This document shows positions 13,266-24,827 of a DNA stretch of 64,000 bases, piece by piece. Numbering within the stretch: the first letter of the stretch is position 1; every line of letters begins with the position of its first letter. Under the pieces are notes generated by a model that was not told where the DNA came from, did no database searches, and worked only from the letters and a program-made list of their open reading frames with translations. Origin of the DNA: Ramazzottius varieornatus (Eukaryota; Animalia; Tardigrada); assembly GCA_001949185.1 (NCBI GenBank), contig BDGG01000002.1:5508448-5572447 (forward strand), read 5' to 3'. The translations under genes and the position numbers were made by a program.

Positions 13266-13514
13266 GTGAGGATTCTGCTGTCCGTTTAGAGCGAAATTCG
13301 GCGGAATGTTTCGTTTTGTTTCGCTGTTATCTGTCACAGTGAAACTGGCGCAAATAGATTTCAATAATGTCAAACTGAAGTGTATATGTCAAGTTCTACT
13401 TTTATAGCTGTACGAATATTGAGTTCTTGATGGCGTCATACTTGGCACGTGCTCGACGACTGTTCTTTAAAACTGTTTGTCGAGGCCTCTTGTTACCGGA
13501 TTTTATTGTTTGAG

Positions 13515-13789
13515 TATAGAGATTAAGTTGCCACTCCCGTTCACTTTGCAACTGTAGCTACGGCCTTGCTCCGCCCCTTTCGTGACGTGTAACTACATCT
13601 TGCTTTCCGGAGCTCCCCCTTATTTTCGAAAAATAGCGTGATCGAAGTTACGGTTGGCTAGCATTGGGAAGCATGGTGGCTGCCCAACTATTCAAAGTTC
13701 TGATCAGCTGCTACGTTTATGAGTGACGTTTCCAACTCATCTTAGCTACAATGGGACTTTCATCTGGCGGTGGCAACTTAATGTCCGTA
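13515..13789. mobile_element. MITE-like element (~275 bp) with imperfect terminal inverted repeats
   Basis: ATTAAGTTGCCAC (13522-13534) has a perfect reverse complement at 13770-13782. A second inverted block TGTAGCTA/TAGCTACA sits at near-matching spacing. Both ends carry TA. Confidence 0.6.
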
Positions 13790-13966
13790 GTATATGTTAC
13801 CAATGAAAACGGGATGATTTGCTGCGGACTCGGAATTCCCGTTGCATTAATCCGCTCTCCTTCTGCCTGTCGGGCTGCGACGGAGTTACAAACTCACAGT
13901 CAATAACCAGACTATTCGTCTGCGTTTATGTAATAAGTAAGATAAAACAATCATGGTACGATCGGA

Positions 13967-14013
13967 GTTATCCCTCCCAGTTCCCACTCGGAGTGGGAAC
14001 TGGGAAGGATAAC
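13967..14013. repeat. Near-perfect 47-bp palindrome (23-bp arms, 1-nt spacer, 1 mismatch)
   Basis: GTTATCCCTCCCAGTTCCCACTC-G-GAGTGGGAACTGGGAAGGATAAC. Confidence 0.9.
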
Positions 14014-15790
14014 GAGAGAAGTTAGGCGATGATAGAGAGTATTCGTCCTCCACCAACAATCACGATTACGATACAATCGCAACAGAAGTCGTATCGACTT
14101 CGCATCGCAAAGAGCTTTGGGTACTCGGCGATCCCGAAAGGACCTTGAAACCATAGGCTCCGTCACCGCAGCTGGAAGCACTGGTACACGCAGAGTGACG
14201 TCACACCCTACAGCGTCTTGCTTTTAGCGGCGGAACGGCAACAAATGGCTGATTTCGTCCATTTTCACCTCCTCTCGCTAAATTTAAATCTGGTCAGCTG
14301 AGACGCAGTTTACTCGTTCTCAAATTGCGTTTGACTTGACGCAATTTGAATTTTTGTTCGCCACGTGGTCAAGCTTGTGACACCCAGTTAGCACGTGGCT
14401 CTGTGGCTGCGTTATCGAAACCGTACGTCTTCGGATTTGGCACAGCAACCGGCTGTACGTGTAAGACTCACGTAAGAGCCAGAAGTGTAGGCGATTTTGT
14501 CGGAATAACGGGATTGCTGGTTTTAATGTTTCCAGTCTCTAGTCTTCGGGACTGGCAGAGAGTGAGGCGACTGCTGAGTTATGGTGACTCTCTAAATAAC
14601 TCCGTCCAACTCCGAGTTCCTGTGCCATGTTAGAGGTTCGCACGAGGTTTTTAATGAGGGGTTTAGTGGGGGATTGACTCATATTGAGAGAATATGTTCA
14701 GGCCGTTGAGCAGAATATTAAGGAGGGTTCTTGCGTTGGTTTGCGTTGTCTGTTGCTGGAACGAGTGGCGTACGCGGAAAGGCAGTACGACGAGGTGGTG
14801 TTGAGTGTACGATGTGAAAACTTTGTTGAGAGTCAATGAGAGCCGTGTTGGCTTGGTAAAGGCGGAGTTTTCAGTGGTAGATGGAAGAATGCGAAGGAGA
14901 GAAGGTCGGTCGTGTCGGTTGCTCTGATGGAAGTTGTTTTGAGGAAGTTAACTGTACGCTTTGCCGACTTCAGACTGGATTGCTCAGTATGGTGTTGACA
15001 ACTTGGCTGGGAACAATGGCTGGAAAAGCTGATAAGGGCCCGAAGTCTGAAAAGAAGAAGATAATGATCCAAGTGCGCCGCCATCACTGAGCCAAACTTG
15101 TGACTGAGCTTCGCGAGAGAGTGAATGGAATACTCGTGAGAATGAAGCCACGGCGACGCAGCTTTCAATTTGCTCATTTTCGTTTGTCCATGCCATGGAC
15201 GACGGATTACAAAGCTTGTCTGTATATACGCGCTGACGGCGTTTATTCCCGAATCGCTACTGTTGGTATCAAACTTTCGATGCACCTATGAGAAGCATCC
15301 TGTTGTTCGGGCAGAAATTACGACCATCAAAGTTCTTACGAGTCGAAAAATTTGCAAATTCGCTGAGTTCACTTCGCAAAACTCGCATAATTCGAAAGAA
15401 ATGATCTGCCTCATTGAGTCCAGAAATTGAAGCAGACTTTTGATGTACACGAGGGGGCGAACGTTCTGACCATGGCTAATGACGTACCGCTATTTGGCAT
15501 TGATTCGTTAGTTCATTGTGACGATATGGCGATGGCACTGTTCTTGCTGGGCAGACCACTGGTAGATGACCACTAGTAGAAGTATGTAAGACACGAAGCC
15601 CGGCAGCAGGTCAGCAAATCGGGTAGCTACCGAATTTGTCGATCAATCAAAAATCAAGCTGTAGTTGGTTCGAACCGCTAACATATTATGTCATGTCATA
15701 TTATACAGTATGACAGACCACGCCTCTCGGGGCAAGACATGACAAGCAACATGACATAACATACGATATGACCAAAAATACCGAAAAATC

Positions 15791-16307
15791 TAAGGTTGTG
15801 CATTCCAGACCAAATTGTCTTGGAATGGAAAATAGGAAAGGAATTTCTAATATTCCTGTATTCCTATTTTCCTTTTCCAAAATCCATCCACAGAAACTTG
15901 AAATTCCAAAACACTGAAAACTTCTGTTTTTGTCAGGTAAATCGATCCAGATGTGCACTTCGTACGCGAATAATGCTTGTACCATGTGGACGAGGCATTT
16001 TCAGCCCGAAGTATCACTGGCTAACCTCCAGATTTCACAGCCACGTCGAAAAATCTGACTGTGTATCTCCCAAAAACCCGCAGTTTTTGTGGGTTCGAGA
16101 GATCTTCGATTAAAAGCTCCGTGAATTTATTTGCAAAATCTGGAAAATAGCAGAATTGCTCTTGGATTTTCTGTTCATTTCCCAGATTTTTCCTGTTTAA
16201 GAAAATAGGAATTCCGCTGTTCCAAATCCTGTCGCCTTGGAACGGACAGGGTTTCCTGGAAAGGAACGGAATATGGAAAGAAGGGGAACTTGGAATGCAA
16301 ATCCTTA
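15791..16307. mobile_element. Non-autonomous hAT-like MITE (~517 bp)
   Basis: TIRs TAAGGTTGTGCATTCCA / TGGAATGCAAATCCTTA (2 mismatches). Flanking 8-mers GAAAAATC / GGGAAATC match 6/8, consistent with a decayed 8-bp TSD. Dense subterminal GGAA/TTCC motifs. Confidence 0.65.
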
Positions 16308-16992
16308 GGGAAATCAAAAAAATCCGAAAAATTCGGGCGTAGCGATGTTCTAATATGAAATAACGACATCTAATATGATAAAAATAAACATCCGCTGTCC
16401 ACCAAAGTCTTACTAACTTGGAATTATTATAGTAAAACCTCTGCCTGACTTAATAAAATATTAGTATAGTAGCACTCCTGTGGCTTTGGTATCAAAATAT
16501 ATTTTAATATCTCAACGGCACATCGCGGCATTCAGTATCACTGGCATTATCAGTACCCGTACCACATCTTGCATCCTGCACCTGTACTGTGCGACACGGC
16601 GGGATAGCGCGCCACACTGTATGTAGGTGCATAGTGTAAGCGGATGATCTGCAATAACACTACTTTACCGGTGTAGAGGCTTCGTTGGGATCTAGTGCAC
16701 TTCTTGAGGCGTGGTCGCTCACCACATGAACAGCACACACGAGTCAGAGTTTAGCAAATTAGCCGTTTTTTCGAATCAATGGCTGTGTTGCTCTTATTAA
16801 AATTTAATTTAATACAGATGATGGACGACTTGATACTAATAAAATATCGATCCTCAGTTTCGAACTACTAAGTATTAATATCGGGTTCCGGTGCCCAAAC
16901 CTGTTAACCAAATATTACTAGATATAGTAGATGCTAAAACCATCTACTATTATCTACTCTAGTAAACTAGCTAGTGTTTCTGACCACTGGGA

Positions 16993-17994
16993 AGGCCGAG
17001 CAAAGGAGGCAAAAGATCATAGGCCACACATTTCTACTAGAGCCCTGCAGCAGCACGCAACATCCGTTCTGCAACTGCTCTGCATCCAGTTCTTCCAAAC
17101 TGCAACTGCACTGCACTGCATTTATTCTGACCGAGGGAAACTGCAATCGCACTGCATCCATGAACGTCTAGCTGCATTTTACTGCATCGATACTGCATAA
17201 ATTATTATCGATAATCATTTTTTCTTCTGCGAGATAGTTCCACCGAATAATCATCAAATCACTCAGAGTTTCAGGCAGCATACTAGTTCGCTTACTGTTG
17301 AGAGCATCACCGGTATGGCTAAAAAGTCGTTCAGAAGGGGTACTAGAAGCAGGCACAGCAAGTATGCGCTTAGCGTATAAGGACAAACAAGGAAGCTCCT
17401 TCTCGTTCTGCTGCCAAAACGGGAGCAAATCTTGGGTCGCTGGAGGATTCCGCATTCGAATGTACTTTTCGACTTCGTTTTGGGCGGCTGGTTCGTTCGA
17501 GAACTTACACAGATTCGAAAAGTCGAAGATGCTTTTGGGTTTCGGAGCTCCAATATCGGAACTCGGCATTAGAGCTCTCTCATCGTGTGGTGCCTCAATT
17601 TGCTGCACGTGCTCCATCACAGTTGCAATAACTTTCACAGAATTCAGAGCCCTGAATTCGGAGCCCTGCAGCAGTAGCGAAAACCCGTGCTGCATCTGCA
17701 CTGCATCCGGTTTCCCGAAACTGCAACTGCACTGCATCTGCATTTTTTCATCGTTTCGGCGACTGCAACTGCACTGCAATGCAGTAAAATGCAGTGCAGT
17801 ACAGAACGTACGGCATGTTGCAGGGCTCTAATTTCTACTGCGTTACGTTGCAGTTGCGAGTAAAAAATTTATGTTGGCCGGATCAAGTTACGCATTTGTT
17901 TTCAGTACAGAGTTTGCGATATGTGAAAGCTCGAACAGTCTGATCGTCCATTGATATCTCGACAGACTTAAATGGGCCTCGCTTCGCTCGGCCT
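16993..17994. mobile_element. Possible older Helitron/Helentron-like short element hosting the hAT insertion
   Basis: GGCCTCGCTTCGCTCGGCC at 17975-17993 (minus strand GGCCGAGCGAAGCGAGGCC), with a degenerate inverted copy AGGCCGAGCAAAGGAGGC at 16993-17010. Confidence 0.35.
17038..17830 (-). mobile_element. hAT DNA transposon deletion derivative (793 bp) retaining the C-terminal dimerisation domain
   Basis: 15-bp TIRs TAGAGCCCTGCAGCA / TGTTGCAGGGCTCTA (1 mismatch). Perfect 8-bp TSD ATTTCTAC at 17030-17037 and 17831-17838. Subterminal CTGCA arrays. The minus-strand ORF encodes EVEKY...DLLPFWQQNEKELPCLSLYAKRILAVPASSTPSERLFS...KRTSMLPETLSDLMIIRWN. Confidence 0.95.
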
Positions 17995-18722
17995 GAATAA
18001 TACTATATTAGATCATTCCATGTAGAATGTTCATGAAGTCGGGAGAAGGTCTACAAGAACTTCCGATTTTCCACGTATTCCTTCGCAACCTGCCAGTCCC
18101 ATTGAACTCGATAGAACTGCCGCGCCGTCGAGTTTGCCCGAACTCCATATCAAGTTTTGATGCAGTCGGTGAAGGTTGGCTTATCGTTGTCACGTTCTCT
18201 TGGTATCAATCAATCCACTGTAGGAGAGATTGTGTGTTTGGTATTGAAATTGTCTCTTTCGATGTACAGAATGTCCATGAAGTCTCAAATTTTCTTGCTA
18301 CCGAGTCGAAAGGCTACCACCTACACGGTGGCGGTTCCTTTTCAATAAAGGTTTCTTCTTCTTATGAACACAACAGTGAGTCATATATGGACCATTTGTC
18401 AAGTGCTGACTCATTCAGAGCGCAACACAGTCTGATTTTCAGTTGAATGAGTTCCTTTCATCTATGGTTCCCACTCTTGCAAACGCGAATCTCGATTACC
18501 CCTATCAAGCCATTGGATACCTCACCTGACAGCTGTCTGGGAGTCGGAGGAGCAGTTTTGTGTAGGAATGACGATATAGCTTTCGCATCTTCACTGGTCG
18601 GGAGGCCACCTGCACTCCTGCTGCACCATCCAACCGGAAACCCGAACCAGCTGTCTGTTCGAGTCGTCACAAGCCTGCATTGGGAAACAGAACACTCCGC
18701 CAGCGACCATATTGCAGTAAGG

Positions 18723-20354
18723 ATGAAGCAGTCACTCCCTGAGGAGCAGAAAGGTATTTTTGAGCATTGCTGCGATTACGTCTGCCAGCGCTAATATGGG
18801 TGCTGTGTTTCTCCTGTAGATGACATCGATCCAGTTGGAGCGAAAGTGATGGTGATCGAAACGTTGCTGTCATCAGACCCTCCCGACGTCGTCGATCGTT
18901 TGAAGCACATGTGTGTTCTTCCGGGTGGCTTGATCAACAATAGTCTGCGGAAGAAAGTGTGGCCGCGTATGCTGGGTATCACTCGGGAAGAACTTGGCAA
19001 AGACAAACCTGGTAAGAGATTATGTAACCGTGTATACAGAGCGGTTCTGGACTTGCTATAATACTCTTCTGGTGCCCCGTCGCAGCGGATGATCTGTTGG
19101 AAACGCACCGGGACTGGCGTGTCGTGGAGCTCGACGTGGAACGCTTACTTAAGAGGTATCCACCTGATCTAAGCGTCGACAAGCGGAAAGCCCTAGAAGC
19201 TTCGCTGAAGCGGATCATAATGCGGACACTCTATGGAACAGACTATTACTACTACCAAGGATTCCACGATATTGCCATCACGATCCAGCTGGTACTGGAC
19301 GATGAAGACAGTAAGAAACTTTCGTCGAATCTTTTCGTTAGATGCTTGTGTTGAGTTCTGTGACTAAAGCTTTGTGCTCTTATCGTCTACAGTGTCTGTG
19401 GCCATTCTGAAGAAACTCTGCGATACCCACCTCCGTGTCTTGATGATGCCAACGCTAGTGGAGACCGTCGGCGTGCTCCAGTACATATATCCTCTCCTCA
19501 AGCGCGGAAACGCCGAGCTTCACGATTTCCTTGTCCGGTAAGACTTGTCTCCTAGCAAGCATTGTCATTGCCATCACTCGAGTTTCTTTCCGGAACGTGA
19601 TTTTCGCTCAAGTCATCTGGCCTAGATGACTGTACGTACATCGAGCCTGTTGAAGCACAACTATTATTTTGTCCAACAGGTCGAACATCGGGACCATGTT
19701 TGCTCTTCCTTGGCTGATCACCTGGTACGGACATAACATTCAGGAAAATGTTCCATATTCATTGGTCGTGCGTCTGTGCGACTTGTTCGTGGCGTCAGAC
19801 CCGTATTTGCCCATGTATGTGGGAGCCGCGGTAAGCCAGCCTTCGAGCTGCCATAGCTCTTTTAGTCAAATTGGTGCGTAACAGCGAAGCTGGGTGATTG
19901 TTCGCTGTTCTACAGATCGTTCTGGATCTGTCGGAGGAGATATTCCAGCTACCTGAAGACCAAGCGGAAGTCCATATGTTTCTGAATAACCTGCCTGTCT
20001 CGTTACCTTGGGAGTCGCTCATCAGTCACGCGTTGGACCTGTATTCCGAATATCCCCCTGCTTCCATTGCAGCCGAAGCCGCGACCTATGAGTAAGGACT
20101 GAGGACGACCTCTATGTTCAAAGCTAGAATGCTGCACACGAGAAACCGGATTATAATATAATGGGTTTAATTTATGTAGTCCGCAACATATGGACCGACG
20201 AGCTCGTCAAAGACCCAAGAAAGCCGCACTTGCTGGACAAGACAACCAAAACTTGTGGCTGGCAGCAGGAGTCGCGCTGAGTGTGGCTGTCCTGGTCGTC
20301 GCTATCGGCGTAGCCATACTTTCTTCTGGCAAGAAAACTGAACAGAAATCGTGA
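18723..20354 (+). CDS. TBC1D20: TBC1 domain family member 20 (Rab GAP, tail-anchored), 7 exons
   Basis: GGLINNSLRKKVWPRMLG; VELDVER (arginine finger); YYYYQGFHDI (glutamine finger); MFALPWLITWYGH; C-terminal TM LWLAAGVALSVAVLVVAIGVAIL. The start codon in the short first exon is less certain. Confidence 0.9.
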
Positions 20355-21014
20355 CCAAGTTTTTTAACAAAATGTTTATCAAAAAGTTTTATCGACACAA
20401 TAAGCATGACGAAATATCGGATCCATCAATTTTCCGGTAACTCGCCTCCACCTTTCACAGGGCGTGGCCGACTATTTTTCAAACTTTTGGTCAGATTATG
20501 ACGACCAAGTCTTTCCAATTCAAATACTAGGACAGTGAACGTGGAATACGGTGATGCAAGCTGAGCATGCGAGAAGTACGTCCAGCATGACGAGATTAAT
20601 AAGAGTTTCGTGGAATTCCTGTCAGTGCAACCATTCACACGCCACATCAGCAAATTAGCAGAACGATATCGCAGGAATGTGTCCTTGCCGTGCTTGGGAA
20701 GCAGAGAAGAGCATCGTTAACTCTCCTCCTGCCCTCCAGGTAAACCATCTGGCCGTCTTTTCAGTTGATAGGCATCATGTGTGATATCTTTGGAGCCTCA
20801 GCTAATGTGAAGAAGGAGACGGACAAAGATAGATCGGTCTTCACTGGTTACCTTTCCGGCGTCAGTCAGTCAATAGCTCGGCATGACCAGTGGTCGCAGA
20901 ACTGACTATCGATCGTCGATCGCGTTTGCTCGACTGAGCTTTGACATTCTCGTAGAAATATACTGTAGCATACAGTTTTCCCTCCGGTCACAGCAAACTT
21001 AAACCGAATCGAAA

Positions 21015-24000
21015 ATGTACCTGCTTTTATTGTGCTTGGCTTTTTGTGGAGTATCTGCTATAGTTCGACCCGCTCAAAATGAGGAAGTGGTGGGTTTGAT
21101 CACTTTCCGGATGGTCTTGTTTTCCAACCTCGGACACCGCCTTGCGACAGGAGAAGTTTGCGATAATGGGTGGTTCGGTAGCCGGAAATGCGATCCACAT
21201 TTCACAGTATGCTTCCAGCAAGCCAACATCTCATTGACGTGAGTGAAATCTTTCGACAAAAGTTTCCCAATTAGCAACGTCTTTTGGTCCACCGGAAGCT
21301 AAATGATCTTGCTGTTTCAGGGAGAATGCTACGGTGGGATTGCAGGCTTGTGACTTTGGCGGACCCACAACATGCGGCCCATTTGACAACGTAGCAGAAG
21401 TGGATTTTGGGGCGAACTGGTGCTCGAGACCCAATCCGTTCCTGTTGAATTTCACGAAGGCGTGGAACGGCCTGGACATCGATGTTCGCGTTACGGAGAT
21501 GGAACGTGGCAGCTTTCTGGGCTCCAACACGGCAACCGGTCCACTTATTGACAAATTTTCATATGTATTCAACGGAAGGCCATCATCTGATACCATCTTC
21601 AAATTAAAGCTGTCCGGCACCACCGAAGCCAACTCCACGTAAGCACTGACCGATACCATCAGCGGTCAACAGATTAGAGCGTATTATTGCTATTTCGCTG
21701 GCGTTATTAGCAGTATTTTATTACCCATTTAAATATCAGTATATTTTGTATATAATCTATTACCCATTTAAATATCAGTATATTTTGCTTATCCACTTTT
21801 GTCCGTTCCGTTCCGTACAGTAGCGCATTCTGTCGTTCACCTTGATATAATGTAACGTTAGTCGTACCTAGGTTGGTCGTGGAGGCGAAGGTACAATGTT
21901 ACCCGAACTATCACGACGACCACTGCTCGACGTTCTGTACTCCCGAGCGCAACTACGAATGCGACCCTGCCACCGGTCAACAACTGTGCCGGGCTGGATG
22001 GTCCGGCGAAAACTGCGGCGCCAAGGTTCTCTCGGATAACTTGACCATCCATCCCATATCGGCTCTAGGAGCCCAAATCGACGAGATGATCGTCTACGGA
22101 GAAGTGGAGGAACCCAAAACGATCACCACGAGCCCTCCAGCAGTACTTCTCGAAAACAACACCATTGTGGTTGAATTGACGCAGCAACCTTTGATGACTG
22201 AAATCGTCACAGTTCAACCTGAAGAAATAACCAGCGTCCACTTCGACAAGCAGTCAGGGGCCGGCAACTCGTCCATGGAGCCCAAGGCAACGACCAGCGG
22301 GGTGACCACTTCAAGACCTTCGACCTTCTCTTCGATGTGGCCGTTAACCGTTTCGCTGGTTGTCGGAGGTCTCAGCTACTACGCTTCAACTTCTCCGTCT
22401 GTGGCGCCGGAAGGAACATCGACTTCCGTCGAAGGAATGGAACCGGAAATGATCACAACCAGTCCGACGGAAGGTACAGTTGACTTAATTTACACTCTGC
22501 TTTGTAAAATAACAGATGAGGTTTAACATTCAGTTTGAATTTACAGCCACGACTATCCTCGAGGCCGGTACTACTACACTAGGTAGCATAGCGGTGACAG
22601 AGTTGGAAGCGACCACCAGTACGGTGGCGCCACCGGGCGACCCACTGACTACCGTTTCGGTTGCACAGACCTCCAGCCCAAGTGTGGGTACTACAATAAT
22701 AACAATAGATTCACTCACTACGGGACAACGTCGTACACTGACTGAAGACCCACCTTTGCTCGCTTCCACGACCTCGAAAACTACCACTACTCCGCAAGTT
22801 CTGTCAAAGCGGTATCCGCCGCAGATCTATCACATTATACAGAAGGAATTAACCGGGACTATCGAAGTCCTGGATGTGACGATGAAAAACGAGCACACTT
22901 CAACCGCAGATAGTACTGAAGTATCGAACACGACGGCAAATTCTCCAAATTTGTTAGTCGATAATAATGTGCTAATTTCCGGAGACGCTAAGCTCGACAG
23001 TAGTGCGTCTCCAACCACGCAGGCAAACTTTGCTGCCTCCGCGATAGCGGCGACCACACTCTTCATTACGACTTCATCCATCTCTCCCTATCTAGACGTG
23101 TCAGATACAACAAGCAGCGAACGCATGAATCCATCACCAACCAAGGCCACCACCGCCTCGCCGGAAATGGATAGTGTGGCGAGCTCAAAGACCTCGAAGT
23201 CTGCGACTGTGACCATGTCAGCATCTTCCTCTCCTCCCGAAAATCAGGCAGCCACAGTTGGTATGCAATAATTAATGATGCTGCTTCTAACAAGACTGTC
23301 AACGTTGCGATTCGTGTTACGTGTTTACCGTTTCAGAGGTGAGCATCGTGAAGATGAACGGAACTCTGATCATTCCCACTCACGAACCAGAAGTATCGAA
23401 GCGACCCAACAACAAAACGGTTCTGAAAATCGTTCTGCTGGAGAACCCGACAGCTGGCTCATGGAACGAATCACTTCTCGGAACAGAGGTACCGACGCAG
23501 GTTCCAACACTTCCCTCACTGAAGACAGAGGTAACTGAAACGGCACCTACCTCGTCACTTGCATACGAAGCGACTATTAAAGGCACTGAACAGTCAACAC
23601 TACTACTCGCGGAACTGACTACAGCTTCTTCTGCTGGGTCGACCGGTATCACTGAGAACGTAACCCAGGCACCCGATGTATCTAACTCGACTTCCGACCC
23701 AAACGAAACTCCTGACGCCGGATCGTCGTTGGTTAACGTGTCTTCCAGTAAGCATTCCACATATCAGCTGATGGGCGTGCAGTGCACTGAATACGGCCCT
23801 TCTGAATTCTGGCTTCACTTCACACTGATAGCTTCACACTGATATTGGGCGGTGCACGAAATTACGCACAAAAAATTAATAATTAGAATATCAGATGCTC
23901 ACCGTATCTTTCTCCAGATTTGCCGTTCTACACCTTTCATTTACCCTCCGGAGAGCGGTTCCTGGAACCTTTAGCGAGCCTTGCTTTTTTAGACCAGCTG

Positions 24001-24827
24001 AACTCGTCTGTAGGTGGCGCGATAGAGGAACTGTTGGCTCTCAAGAACATATCAAAAGAGGTCCTACACAAGGAACTGAAAACAGCGGTCGAGTTTACTG
24101 GAATTTCACTGTAAGAACTCCAAGGCTGGTCATGATTAAAGCTAATGTGCGTACGATCGCCTTGCGGCGTGCTTACGGTATCCATTTTGTCCATTAGGAA
24201 TCACACCATGGTCGTCCCTCAAGTTACCCTATACGTCACGCTGAACGGAAGTTCTCCATTGAACTCGTCTGAGTATAAAGCCGTCTGGCAGTCCGCCCTC
24301 ACCAACATGCGGTCAAACGCGACTGTGACCAGAAACCCATTTGCCATCACCAATATGGGACAGGTATGAGGAAGACAATGAGGATGGGACCGGTTTCTGC
24401 TTTTAATATGAGACTTACTACTCTGTAGAATTACGCCTCTCAACATCCGATCATGATATTCCTGATGGCCTTGCTGTCGGTTGCTATCGTCATCCTGATC
24501 GGGATTATTTCGGTTCTTGCAAGAAGGCCCAAAGCAGCAGTCCGAACAAGACAACGCAGGCTGTCCTTTAGCGAGGACGGTGAGATATCGTCTTCCTTCG
24601 ACAACCTGGCCTTTTCCCAACCAAGAACTTCGGTTGTGCCCGATGGCGAGATCGTATCTCTGGAACCATCGATATATAACGAAGTACACAATGCTCAAGA
24701 ACGACTGTTTTCTCGTCGCGCAGCTGCCCATGCAGCATGGAAGTCTCCTATGCCGGTAACACGCGACTTGGGAAGCACTAGCCGAACGACTACCACCTTC
24801 ACCCGAGAACCAGGAAGTACGATCTGA
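21015..24827 (+). CDS. Type I membrane protein, ~1008 aa: signal peptide, Notch-ligand N-terminal (MNNL/C2-like) domain, DSL domain, Ser/Thr mucin stalk, juxtamembrane domain, TM, cytoplasmic tail. Exons 21015-21238, 21321-21638, 21872-22473, 22547-23260, 23337-23747, 23918-24110, 24198-24363, 24429-24827.
   Basis: All 8 exons join in frame (3027 nt). N-terminus FSNLGHRLATGEVCD...CDPHFTVCF...CDFG...NPFLLNFTKAWNG resembles Delta/Serrate N-termini. VQCYPNYHDDHCSTFCTPERNYECDPATGQQLCRAGWSGENC fits the six-Cys DSL pattern. TM is IMIFLMALLSVAIVILIGIISVLA-RR. Confidence 0.82.
21719..21787. repeat. Perfect 30-bp direct repeat with a 9-bp spacer, in an intron
   Basis: TATTACCCATTTAAATATCAGTATATTTTG at 21719-21748 and 21758-21787. 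Confidence 0.9.

Noticed and set aside
15655-15680. GGTTCGAACC box-B-like motif suggesting a tRNA or SINE
   Set aside because: No cloverleaf or matching box A could be built.
17298-17831. 177-aa plus-strand ORF with Cys-rich repeats
   Set aside because: It is the antisense shadow of the hAT fragment and its CTGCA subterminal repeats.
19097-19270. Possible catalytic loss in TBC1D20 (LDVERL instead of LDVRRS)
   Set aside because: The DxxR arginine finger and YxQ glutamine finger are both retained.
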